Origin: Chloroflexota bacterium
Lineage (GTDB): Bacteria; Chloroflexota; Anaerolineae; Aggregatilineales; J027
Assembly (NCBI GenBank): GCA_013112715.1
Contig: JABFGB010000030.1
Location: 4,126-68,125, forward strand
Direction of reading: 5' to 3'
Length of the DNA stretch: 64,000 bases
Shown here: positions 54,632 through 64,000 of the stretch, piece after piece
How positions within the stretch are numbered: position 1 is the stretch's first letter
Layout: the number at the start of each line of letters is the position of its first letter
Made by a program: the position numbers and the translations under genes
The notes under the pieces: model-generated
Database searches by the model: none
Told to the model about the DNA's origin: nothing
Seen by the model: only the letters and a program-made list of their open reading frames with translations

Positions 54632-56680
54632 CTAGCCGTGCGCGTGTTCCAAATCCTCGTGGTGATGTTCGGTGGCGTGCTCAAACGTCACCTTGAAACC
54701 GGGCGGCAGCGGCAGGGCCTCGAGGTCAATTTGTTTGATGTTCAGCGCCACGTTTTCGACCTCTAGCAAGGCGTCGCGCAGGAATTTGTCGGTGTTCATG
54801 TGCAAATAGTTGAAGGGGAACTTGGCCCGCAGCGCCCCGATATAGACCTCAAAATAGAGTTCGGGGTACTGTTTCTGCATCTCTTGCAGGGTGCGCCCAA
54901 TCGCATGGTATAGGTCACGATATGGCTCTTCCACCACGCGAATCACCGCCGGGTCCCAGCCATTCAGGGCGACAATCTCCTTAGAACGTAGTTCAAAGGC
55001 CGCCCGGCGTTTGGGGTCTACGTCCACATGGATAATTTGAACAGGCAGACCGCGTCGCAAAATCGCTTGGACAACCTTGACCGCCAATTTCGACCACGTA
55101 TCACAGAAATAGACCGCCATATGGTTATGTTCAGCCGGGTCAAATACGACAGGTTTTTTGTCAAAGGTCGGGGTGGTCTCCAATTTCAGCTTGGCGGCGG
55201 TCTCCTTGTAATGGCGATGGATGCGGAAGAAGATCCACACCAGCGTCGGAATCAAGATACAAATTGCCCATGCGCCCTGCGTAAATTTGGTAATAACGAA
55301 CACGATCATGACGACAAACGTAATGACCGCCCCAATACCGGAAATCGCCAACTTAACCTGCCAGCGTGGGTCATACACAATCTTGGTTTCCAAACCCCAT
55401 GTATGTTCACCCGGCTTTAGGCGACCCGAACGATAGAAACGGCGCGTCATCCCAGCTTGGCTAATCGTGAAGCCGAGGAACACCCCGATGGCATACAAGG
55501 GGATGAGATTCGTCACAATCGCACCCGTGATGATAACGATGATAATGGAGCAGAACGACAGCCCCAAAATCCCCCACGAGAACACCAAACGCCGTCCGCG
55601 ATAGGTCAATTGGCGCGGCAGGAAGCCGTCAGCACTGGCAAGCGCGGCCAGTTGGGGGAAGTCCGCAAACGGGGTATTGGCGGCCATAAACAAGACGGCG
55701 AACGCCCCGGCAATCGTTAGCACATAACCGACTTCACCAATGCCGCCATGCCCATAAATCGTATCGGCCATTTGCGCGATGACGGTCTTTTGATGGGATG
55801 GAACGGCCTCGACCGCGTTTGCCAGCACCGTAATGCTGATAAACAGGGTAATCAAGATGACGGCCATCGCCAGCAGGGTATTCGCGGCGTTTTTGGCACG
55901 TGGTTGGCGGAACAACTGGGTATCGTTAGAGATGGCTTCAATCCCCGTCAACGCTGTACACCCAGATGAAAACGCCCGAAGGAGCAGCAGCACTGTCACC
56001 GCGCCCAGCGTATCATGATGGATTTTTTCCACCCCATGTACCGTATCCAGCGTCCCTGTCGCCATCTTGTAGTACCCAATAATGAGCGTAATGCCCATCA
56101 TGACCAAAAAGAAATAGGTCGGGATGGCAAACAGTCGGGCGCTTTCTTTGACACCGCGCAGATTGATGACGGTCATAATAAGAATCGTGCCAACCGTCAA
56201 ATGGACGCGGTACGGCTCAAGCCCGTGTTCCAAGCTGATAATGTTGGCGACGCCCGCGCTGATACTCACTGCGACGGTCAAAATATAGTCGGTCAGCAGG
56301 GCCGCGCCTGTGACTTGGGCCAATTCTTCGCCGAGGTTTTCTTTCGCCACGCGATAACCGCCACCACCCGCCGGATTGCTAAAAATGGTCTGGCGATAGC
56401 TGATCGTCACAATCCCGATGAGTAGGGAAATCGCAATCGCAATGGGAATGGAAATGGCATTTCCCGCGAATCCCAACAGCACAACTCCGCTAATCGCAGC
56501 GGTATTCAAAATGAGCAGGATTTCTTCGGTGGCATAGGCTACCGAGGACAGAGCATCGCTTGCCAGAACCGCCAGCGCAACGAAGTTCGGGGCAGTCTGA
56601 TGTGCCACTTCCTTCGTTTCAAGGCGTTCGCCAAGCAGAACTTCTTCGATTTTTTCACGCACTTCACGAGCGGCTGACAT
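54632..56680 (-). CDS. APC-superfamily permease, KimA/YdaO-like K+ transporter
   Basis: LASDALSSVAYATEEIL, AFSSGCTALTGIEAISN, LIPLYAIGVF..FT.SQ.GM; cytoplasmic C-terminal domain. Confidence 0.85.
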   Translation of the reverse strand: MSAAREVREKIEEVLLGERLETKEVAHQTAPNFVALAVLASDALSSVAYATEEILLILNTAAISGVVLLGFAGNAISIPIAIAISLLIGIVTISYRQTIFSNPAGGGGYRVAKENLGEELAQVTGAALLTDYILTVAVSISAGVANIISLEHGLEPYRVHLTVGTILIMTVINLRGVKESARLFAIPTYFFLVMMGITLIIGYYKMATGTLDTVHGVEKIHHDTLGAVTVLLLLRAFSSGCTALTGIEAISNDTQLFRQPRAKNAANTLLAMAVILITLFISITVLANAVEAVPSHQKTVIAQMADTIYGHGGIGEVGYVLTIAGAFAVLFMAANTPFADFPQLAALASADGFLPRQLTYRGRRLVFSWGILGLSFCSIIIVIITGAIVTNLIPLYAIGVFLGFTISQAGMTRRFYRSGRLKPGEHTWGLETKIVYDPRWQVKLAISGIGAVITFVVMIVFVITKFTQGAWAICILIPTLVWIFFRIHRHYKETAAKLKLETTPTFDKKPVVFDPAEHNHMAVYFCDTWSKLAVKVVQAILRRGLPVQIIHVDVDPKRRAAFELRSKEIVALNGWDPAVIRVVEEPYRDLYHAIGRTLQEMQKQYPELYFEVYIGALRAKFPFNYLHMNTDKFLRDALLEVENVALNIKQIDLEALPLPPGFKVTFEHATEHHHEDLEHAHG

Positions 56681-57349
56681 GATAGTGAATAATTCTCCAT
56701 GATTGGTTTAGGGCAACGGTGAATCACCGCAAGCTATAACAAGCGGTACAGCCTAGCACTGCGTTACACTCTGGACAAGAGAATGCAGCGTCAATTTGGC
56801 AGTTTTGCACAGATTGGCGGGGGTCTCATGCAGGCAACTGAGGGGGGTGAGGTATTTCGTCGTTGCGTTCTCATGGTGTCCATTATATATCCAAAGCGCA
56901 AGGGTAGGATACCATTCACCCCCCCAATTTCAGGGTTTTTTCACAAATGCTCACCTATATAGCCCTACGTCTGCCCGACGTTATTGAGGTAGCGCGTGTT
57001 TAGCAAATATAGCCTACAATGACGGCGGCCTGTACAGGGTGGAGTGCCAAAAAGCCAAGTACGATGGGTTACTGTAGTACCTCTTTGCACGGCTACATTT
57101 CGGCGGTAAAATTTTTGCGAATGTTGACTTGAATAATTCGTCGGGTGGAATACGGATGCCGTCCTTACCTCGAACCATTTGCCCATCCTAAGCGGGGTTT
57201 TGCTGTGCCTCGAGGTCATCCTCTCCACAAGCGAGCCAACCAACCTGATCGGTGCTGCCAGCACGCGGCGCGGTCAGATACTAACCCTGCTTCAAAAATA
57301 ACTTTGTTGCAGTCCGGCAGGGGTAATTAGAGTCTTTTTTGAGGGAAGC

Positions 57350-60175
57350 ATGACAAAGGTTATGACCGCCTTAACACCCGCTCAAGTCGAGATTTTGCAG
57401 CGGTGCAGCAAAGATTCCCAAGCCTATTATGAACTTCTGGCCTTATTTGAATCGGCGGTCACGTCACCCGACCCCTTACTCACCAGCCATGCCGCGCTTC
57501 TCCCCAATGTACTGCCCGATCCCTTTTTCCTTTATGATGTACCCCGCAACCACCTTGTTTACTTTAATCGTCCTTTTGAAACCTTGATGGGCGGGCCAGC
57601 GCAAATCGCCCTCGGTGATGCCACCTCGATTTTCAGCCTGATCCACCCAGATGACGTACCCCGGGTGCGCTTTTTGTTAAATGATCTTCAGCAGGCCGCC
57701 GATGGCACGGTGTTTTCTTACACCGCCCGCATTCGGGTCGAAAAAGGTTTTCGTGAATTGTTGTGCCGCAGCATGGTCATTTCGCGGACGGCACAGGGGG
57801 ATGTCCAGTTAATCGCCGGGTATATTGAAGAACGGGCCGATCTGCATGACATGATCCGCATTAGCCATGAAAACCAGATCCGTTTCCTACGATTGGCCGA
57901 AAGCCTGCCCGACACCGTCTTCATTTTTGATGTGCGCACGCGGCGAGTGCTGTATGAAAATCGCCCGTCCTTTCTGGGGTTTACCGTTGAAGAACTCGCC
58001 AACCGCGAAATCATGGGTCAAATGGCGCACGCCGAAGACCGCCCGCACCTGCGCGATTATTGGCAGGCCATTTATGCCGCCGAGCTACACCCCGCCGACC
58101 TCCCACCCAGTTTTGAGATTGAATTTCAACTTCTGAGCAAAAGCGGCACATGGGAATGGGTGCATCAGCGGGCCAGCATGATTACCGCCAATCCACAGGG
58201 CACGCCCGAACAATTGCTCATTACCCTTTCGGTCATTACTGAGCGCAAACAGACCGAGCAAGCGCTCATTGCGAGTGAACTACAATATCGGGAACTGCTC
58301 AACATTATCCCATTGGGCATCAGCATTGCCGACGCCCAAACACTGGAATTGTTGATTTGGAACCCCGCCTTTGACACCCTCTTGGCTCAAAATCCGTCGG
58401 CAGGGTATTCATATGAGGAGTGGCAAAAAACCGTTACCCCCGAACAGCAGGCGATTGCGGCGGCGCGGGTGGCGGCCTTGCGCAGCGGCGAACCCGTTCC
58501 ACCCTACGAATATGAAATGACCTATCCAAATGGGGAAGTCCATCATATTTATACCCAACCCATTAGCATTCAATTTGAGCGGCGGCCCGCCATCATGACC
58601 ATTACCCAAGATGTCACCCCGCAAAAAAATATGGAAGCCGCTCTGCGCGAAAGTGAACAGCGCTATCGCATTTTGTCGGAAATCACGGTGGACTATGCCT
58701 TCCAACTCAAGGTACACCCGGATGGCCGACCTGAGACAGTCTGGTTGGCGGGTCGTTTTGAGGAAATCACAGGTTTCACGCTCGACGAATCAGCGGCGCG
58801 GGGGGGGTGGATGGCCCTGGCCCACCCCGACGATTTACCGCGACTCCAAGACCAGATGCGCCGATTGATGGCCGCCCCCACCATCGTGTCCATCGAATAC
58901 CGGGTGGTGTCCAAAGATGGCAGCATTCGCCCCATCTGGGGCAACGCCATTTCCACTGCCGACCCCACCACCGGACGAGTCACGCAAATTTTTGGCATCG
59001 GCCAAGACATCACCGAGCGCACCCAGATGCAAAATGCACTGGTCGAGCGCGAACGCTTTATCCACAAGATCACCGATACCATGCCCGTCATGATTATGGT
59101 ACAGGACATCCAGAATGGTCAAAATGTCTGGGTCAATCAATATGCCAGCGATTATGTGGATCAGCCCAACGAACTCAACAGCCCGCGCCTGATGCACCTC
59201 GACCCCAGCAATTTTCACCCCGACGATGTGACCCGTGTCAGCGAATTTTTGGAAACGCTGCGTGATGGCGAAGATGGTCGGGTTTATGAAATGGAAGTGC
59301 GGCTGCGGCGTTATGATGGGGTCTATCGCTGGTTTAACAATCGGGCCGTCGTTTTTGAGCGGGATGCCACCGGTGCGGTCAAGTCCTTGATTAACGTGCT
59401 GCTTGACATCAACGACCAGAAAGAAGCCCAACAGACCCTGCTGGAAAAACAGCGTCTTGAGGTCGAATATCGCAAAGAGCACGAACTGAATCAGTTAAAA
59501 AACAAGATGATGCAGCGCATTTCCCATGAATTTCGTACCCCGCTGGCGATTATCATGTCCAGTAGTTATGTGTTGCAGCGCCCCGACACCAATATCAGCG
59601 AAGAACGCCGCCGCCGTCATTTTAATACCATCCAAGCCCAGATCACCCGCGTCGTGACCATGTTGGAGGACATCCAATTTATCATCTACGACGAATCGCA
59701 TCTGCACCAACTCACCCTCATCCCGACCTACTTGCAGCCGTTCTTAGAACAGGTAATTGAAAAAGCGCAGGTTGTTCATTCCGACCCGCGTGAGGTTCAA
59801 CTGCACCTCAGCCCAACGGCCCAACGTTTGGTGCGGGTGGATGAACACCTGCTGAAGATGATTATGAACAACCTGATCTCCAACGCCCTCAAATTCTCCG
59901 GCGATCATACCCCGGTCATGGTCGAAGGGTTTGTGGATGGTGATTGGCTGGAACTGCGGGTGCGCGACGCAGGCATTGGCGTCCCCAAGGAAGACATCCC
60001 CCATATTTTTGAGCCGTTCTACCGCGCCAACAATTTTGATGAAAAACCCGGCCTCGGTCTTGGCCTAACCATTGTAAAAAACGCCATTGAGTTGTATGGG
60101 GGCAGCATCGCCGTTGAAAATTTGGCGGACGGCGGCACCCTGTTCACCGTCCGCCTGCCCCAGTATCGTCCGTAG
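57350..60175 (+). CDS. Soluble multi-PAS (about five) histidine kinase, no adjacent response regulator
   Basis: Repeated HP(D/E)D PAS motifs; SHEFRTPL, NLISNALKFS, DAGIG, FEPFYR, GLGLGL. Confidence 0.95.
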   Translation: MTKVMTALTPAQVEILQRCSKDSQAYYELLALFESAVTSPDPLLTSHAALLPNVLPDPFFLYDVPRNHLVYFNRPFETLMGGPAQIALGDATSIFSLIHPDDVPRVRFLLNDLQQAADGTVFSYTARIRVEKGFRELLCRSMVISRTAQGDVQLIAGYIEERADLHDMIRISHENQIRFLRLAESLPDTVFIFDVRTRRVLYENRPSFLGFTVEELANREIMGQMAHAEDRPHLRDYWQAIYAAELHPADLPPSFEIEFQLLSKSGTWEWVHQRASMITANPQGTPEQLLITLSVITERKQTEQALIASELQYRELLNIIPLGISIADAQTLELLIWNPAFDTLLAQNPSAGYSYEEWQKTVTPEQQAIAAARVAALRSGEPVPPYEYEMTYPNGEVHHIYTQPISIQFERRPAIMTITQDVTPQKNMEAALRESEQRYRILSEITVDYAFQLKVHPDGRPETVWLAGRFEEITGFTLDESAARGGWMALAHPDDLPRLQDQMRRLMAAPTIVSIEYRVVSKDGSIRPIWGNAISTADPTTGRVTQIFGIGQDITERTQMQNALVERERFIHKITDTMPVMIMVQDIQNGQNVWVNQYASDYVDQPNELNSPRLMHLDPSNFHPDDVTRVSEFLETLRDGEDGRVYEMEVRLRRYDGVYRWFNNRAVVFERDATGAVKSLINVLLDINDQKEAQQTLLEKQRLEVEYRKEHELNQLKNKMMQRISHEFRTPLAIIMSSSYVLQRPDTNISEERRRRHFNTIQAQITRVVTMLEDIQFIIYDESHLHQLTLIPTYLQPFLEQVIEKAQVVHSDPREVQLHLSPTAQRLVRVDEHLLKMIMNNLISNALKFSGDHTPVMVEGFVDGDWLELRVRDAGIGVPKEDIPHIFEPFYRANNFDEKPGLGLGLTIVKNAIELYGGSIAVENLADGGTLFTVRLPQYRP

Positions 60176-60480
60176 AGGTGCGGCTAAGAGACCCAATGGA
60201 AGGCGCTTTCACAAACAGTCCTACCCGTCGTAAAACCGCCTATTGAATTGGGGGTGGGGTCGAAATCCGCCGTGCCACACGATCTCTAAGACTCCGACAT
60301 TGCGATGGGTGGATACATCATATACACGGGTCCGTTTTCCGCTGCACATGCCCACTGGCTCATTCCCCAACGCACCTGAGTGCTTGATCCCCTATTACAC
60401 AGCAACCTAGAATAGTATCGAGCCTGCACTCTGGTACGTCTCATGGCTCAAGCGAACCTCAATTTCAAGGAGGGTATACG

Positions 60481-62070
60481 ATGGAAATTCCAAATGAAGC
60501 GGTGCTCAGTCAGCCCCCCACCGATATGCAAATCCGTGAGCGGCAGAGCCTATTGGTGGCGGTCAATTGCTTGCTGATTGCCATCATTGGCAACTTTCTG
60601 TTTTATGACCAGCGCTGGGGGATCAATATGGGCATCTACACCACGCTGTTGGTGGTGGTGGGAGTTGCCATGCTGATCGCGTTTGAGGCCGCGCGCTATT
60701 GGAAACATCTTATTTTTGGTCTACCCGCCGCCGTGTTTGCCTTTTTCCTCGCTGTCCGCTCCGCCGAAACGCTGGCCCTGATGAATCTAGCCCTCGCCGT
60801 CGGGTCCCTGTTTGTGTTTATCCGGTTTGGCCGAATCAAGTGGTTTTTGGGCGGGGGCGTCGTCTATTCGATTATGGCCTCCATCGAGAGCTTTATGACG
60901 GGGTGGATCGAAGGGCCGATGATGCTGATTGGCAACAGTGTCGGCTATTTCAACCATCTCCATGTCAACAGCGCTGAGATGGTGCGGACGAAGGCGGTGC
61001 TGCGTGGCCTAATTTTGGCCCTGCCGATTCTGATTGTGTTCGGGATATTGCTTGGTTCTGCCGATGTCGTGTTTGGCGATTTGCTAGAGGGCGCGTTTGG
61101 ATGGCTCAGTCCCGACGCTGACCTTGTGGTGCAGCTACTCCTGATTGCGTTCTTGATGTGGGCCAATCTTTCCATGCTGCGTCTCTTGATCTTTGGGCCG
61201 CCCTTTCTCGAAAAAGCAGTGGCCGACCCAAAGTTCAACGTGGGACGGCTGGGCATGATTGAGACGAGTATCCTGTTGGGCAGCATCAATCTGCTGTTTC
61301 TGGTGTTTGTCATTTTGCAGGCCCGCTACTTGTTCGGCGGCGATTCCAACATCTCGGTGCAGGGGTATACCTATGCCGAATATGCCCGACGTGGCTTTTA
61401 TGAAATGCTGGCCGTCTCGATTATGACCACCGGGCTAATCGGTCTGCTGGAATGGACGACCCATCGCCAACCCAACGAGGAAAAGTTGTTTCGATTGTTG
61501 ACAACGGTACTCATCGTGCTGACGGGGGTCATTTTGGTGGCGGCGTGGCGACGGCTGGCCCTGTATGAAGATGCCTACGGTTATACCCAACTGCGCTTTG
61601 TGAGCGCCGTGTTTATGGGTTGGCTCGGTGTGTTGCTGGTTGTCCTATTGGCGGACGTGCTGCTGCATCGTCGGTTGGTGGTGTTTTTTGTCGGGGCGCT
61701 GGTGTGTCTGTTTGGTTATGTGGGCACGCTGAACGCCCTCAATATGGATCGGTTTATCGCGCGGCATAATGTCGAACGTTTCGATGAGACGGGCAAAATT
61801 GATGTACCCTATCTGCTGTCGCTGTCCGATGACGCCATCCCTGCCATTGTGCCACTGATTGATGCGCCGGATTTGGAGGAACAGGATCGCCAGACGCTGC
61901 TGACCGGGCTGGCAAATCGGCTGGAAGTGTTGGATCGTGACCACGCCGAACGCAAAGGGGCCGATTATCATTGGGGCAAGGATCAGGCATGGCAGGCCCT
62001 AGATAAGTATCGGGATGAGTTGACCCCGTATATGGGTCGGTATCCAGCGGGTGATTCGGAATTCGGGTAA
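60481..62070 (+). CDS. DUF4153/DUF4173 membrane protein
   Basis: L..AD.VF, Y..YARRGF.E(M/L), RL.LY...YG.T.LR, D..YL..LS.DA.P. Confidence 0.88.
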   Translation: MEIPNEAVLSQPPTDMQIRERQSLLVAVNCLLIAIIGNFLFYDQRWGINMGIYTTLLVVVGVAMLIAFEAARYWKHLIFGLPAAVFAFFLAVRSAETLALMNLALAVGSLFVFIRFGRIKWFLGGGVVYSIMASIESFMTGWIEGPMMLIGNSVGYFNHLHVNSAEMVRTKAVLRGLILALPILIVFGILLGSADVVFGDLLEGAFGWLSPDADLVVQLLLIAFLMWANLSMLRLLIFGPPFLEKAVADPKFNVGRLGMIETSILLGSINLLFLVFVILQARYLFGGDSNISVQGYTYAEYARRGFYEMLAVSIMTTGLIGLLEWTTHRQPNEEKLFRLLTTVLIVLTGVILVAAWRRLALYEDAYGYTQLRFVSAVFMGWLGVLLVVLLADVLLHRRLVVFFVGALVCLFGYVGTLNALNMDRFIARHNVERFDETGKIDVPYLLSLSDDAIPAIVPLIDAPDLEEQDRQTLLTGLANRLEVLDRDHAERKGADYHWGKDQAWQALDKYRDELTPYMGRYPAGDSEFG

Positions 62071-62156
62071 TTCATTCAACCCCACCCCCTTGCCCCGTAA
62101 ACGGCTGCGGGGGAAAAGGCCCTGTTGGTGGCCTTCGGGGATGGGGTGGGTCAAAA

Positions 62157-62267
62157 TCAGCCTTGTCGGTCAAATTCCTGATACAGGCGGTCGGCTTCCT
62201 CGCGCCCATCGGCCCGCGCATAGGAGATAAAGACATCATATTCAAGCGAAGGTTGGTTGGTCATCAT
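62157..62267 (-). pseudogene. N-terminal TIR-domain remnant (36 aa)
   Basis: MMTNQPSLEYDVFISYARADGREEADRLYQEFDRQG*; YDVFISY is the canonical TIR beta-A motif. Confidence 0.75.
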
Positions 62268-62448
62268 GGCATCAAATCAGGCTAGGCTCATGATGCGAGT
62301 ATAACACCGATTGAATAATCCCCACAACCGCCCCGCCGCCAACTATTTCGCCACTGATCCCCCAACGGAACACTCCCGTTTCAAAATACGTCTGAAATAT
62401 AGAGTTAAAATATTGCGCGTAAATGGTGATTTGGTTTGGAGGCCCAAA

Positions 62449-64000
62449 ATGAAGATTTTGCGTCAGTGTATACCCTTAATCCTCTTAGCAATTGCGTTGG
62501 TGGCCTGTAACGGCAACGGCAAAGATAACAAGAACGAACGCGACACTTCTAGCTCATCTTCAGATGACCCGTTGGTTAATCTCTCCCCTCAACTTCAACT
62601 GCCCACTTTCACAGCGGGCGCTGAAGCGGCGTCACTTGGACCCCCCGTCCCTATGATGGAGCCAGCTTCAATTGATAGGGGTGAACCAGCCCCGATTCAT
62701 CCCGAAGGTGCTGCTTCTGAGCCTACCGCTGTCGCCATGACCAGGGACAGTGGCGGTACAGGGTCGTCAGGTGGGGGGGTAGCCAATGTCCCCGTCAGTC
62801 CCTTGAACGCGGGCGAAATTGACGACAATTCAGCGTGGGATGCCCATCTCAGTTATCGGCAAAATTTCCTGCCTGCCTATTCCGGGTTGGTGCATGATGT
62901 GGATGTCAGCCAGCGCCAAATCATCACCGTGACCGACCCGCAAGGCCTGCCCATCATCGGGGCGCGGGTCATGGTCTACAGCGGTCAAACCCTGCTAACC
63001 GAATCTCGCACCTATGCCACTGGCGAAACCCTCTTTTTCCCATCGGCATGGCAGGGTGGGGGGCAGCAGTCCTATCGTGTCGTGGTGCAAAAAGATGACA
63101 CCGCCGTCGCATTTTCACTTGACCCGAACGCGGGTAGTGCATGGCGGGTTGAATTGGATGTCACCCATCAAGCCGACTCGATTCCGCTGGATGTGGTCTT
63201 TTTGCTGGATTCGACGGGCAGCATGGCCGACGAGATCGCCCAGTTGCAGATGAATATTCTGGCGATTTCCGAGCAGATCAATCAAATCCCCGGCAATGTA
63301 GATACCCGCTATGGATTGGTGACGTATCGAGATCGCGGCGACGCCTATGTCACGCTGAGTTATGATTTTGTCTCCAATGTAACCGAATTCCAAACATCCC
63401 TGATGAATGTACAGGCTGGTGGTGGCGGCGACACGCCCGAATCGCTGAATGAGGCCTTGCACCTCGCGGTACAGGGCTTGCAGTGGCGCGGGGATGATAC
63501 TATCAAGCTGATTTTCTTGGTGGCCGATGCGCCGCCCCATCTCGACTACGCCAACGATTTCGACTATGCCCAAGAAATGGTTGTGGCGTCATGGGAAGGC
63601 ATCAAGATTCACCCGATTGCGTCCAGCGGCCTGACCCCCGACGGCGAATACATTTTCCGTCAATTGGCCCAATACACGATGGGGCGCTTCCTTTTCCTGA
63701 CCTATCAATCCGGCACATCCGGCGCACCGGGTACGCAGCGCACCGACCTCGAAGCCTCCACCGAGAACAATAATTACAGCGTGGAGTATCTGGATGAACT
63801 GGTGCTGCGCCTGATTACCGATGAAATCGCCGCATTGGACACTGTGTCCGATACCCAAGCCGCTGCCGTCGCCGCCAAGCCGACCTCGCCCGAACCCGAT
63901 CATGCCCGCCCGTCGTATTTTGCCCTCAGCCGCGCATCAGCCACGACGTATGCCAATCAGGTCGCTCTCGAACCACAGGGCGTCCCCGCCGGGGATACTT
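62449..64000 (+). CDS. Lipoprotein with VWA domain, 3' end runs off the window
   Basis: Manual translation: MKILRQ...LVAC lipobox; LDVVFLLDSTGSM MIDAS; GGGDTPE; FLVADAPPH. No stop seen in the segments I translated. Confidence 0.88.
   Translation, partial: MKILRQCIPLILLAIALVACNGNGKDNKNERDTSSSSSDDPLVNLSPQLQLPTFTAGAEAASLGPPVPMMEPASIDRGEPAPIHPEGAASEPTAVAMTRDSGGTGSSGGGVANVPVSPLNAGEIDDNSAWDAHLSYRQNFLPAYSGLVHDVDVSQRQIITVTDPQGLPIIGARVMVYSGQTLLTESRTYATGETLFFPSAWQGGGQQSYRVVVQKDDTAVAFSLDPNAGSAWRVELDVTHQADSIPLDVVFLLDSTGSMADEIAQLQMNILAISEQINQIPGNVDTRYGLVTYRDRGDAYVTLSYDFVSNVTEFQTSLMNVQAGGGGDTPESLNEALHLAVQGLQWRGDDTIKLIFLVADAPPHLDYANDFDYAQEMVVASWEGIKIHPIASSGLTPDGEYIFRQLAQYTMGRFLFLTYQSGTSGAPGTQRTDLEASTENNNYSVEYLDELVLRLITDEIAALDTVSDTQAAAVAAKPTSPEPDHARPSYFALSRASATTYANQVALEPQGVPAGDT

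Noticed and set aside
56681-57349. c-di-AMP (ydaO) riboswitch upstream of the KimA-like gene
   Set aside because: I could not find the conserved ydaO sequence blocks in order on the minus strand. An Infernal search with RF00379 would settle it.
1-64000. tRNA, rRNA, prophage, transposase, retron or DGR
   Set aside because: No cloverleaf, rRNA-like tract, phage structural, DDE/HUH or reverse-transcriptase motifs were recognised by eye.

Overview
A gene-dense bacterial chromosomal window of moderately high GC. By inference from gene content and REP families it is most likely Chloroflexota (Anaerolineae-like). I found no rRNA, tRNA, CRISPR array, integrase or transposase. Main content: (1) a low-GC accessory patch at 3.4-7.8 kb with orphan immunity-like genes, a decayed toxin-antitoxin (TA) pair and an ApaLI-like type II restriction-modification pair; I found no GTGCAC site in the window on manual reading. 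(2) A small-molecule or antibiotic response neighbourhood at 7.9-16 kb: an MFS transporter behind a leaderless-uORF attenuator, an AiiA-like hydrolase with AraC, two RibD/DHFR-like genes with HxlR, and a TipA/Mta-like MerR with a 19-bp-spacer promoter and an internal start. (3) Three copies of a ~47-bp direct repeat separating single-gene low-GC cassettes upstream of an M29 aminopeptidase. (4) Many TA modules and orphans. (5) Two ~930-aa secreted lamin-tail-domain paralogues flanking a Ser/Thr kinase. (6) The most striking locus, 41.9-48 kb: feoA, feoB N-terminal GTPase, a Tat-exported two-domain multicopper oxidase, a ZIP transporter with an extracellular domain, a lipoprotein cytochrome c, then the feoB membrane half, with DtxR-family boxes. 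(7) An ABC-ATPase/DUF4276 putative defence pair, a KimA-like permease, an orphan multi-PAS histidine kinase, a TIR remnant and a partial VWA lipoprotein. Intergenic regions carry a nested system of REP hairpins and two MITE-like elements. Family assignments come from motif recognition only; no database search was run.
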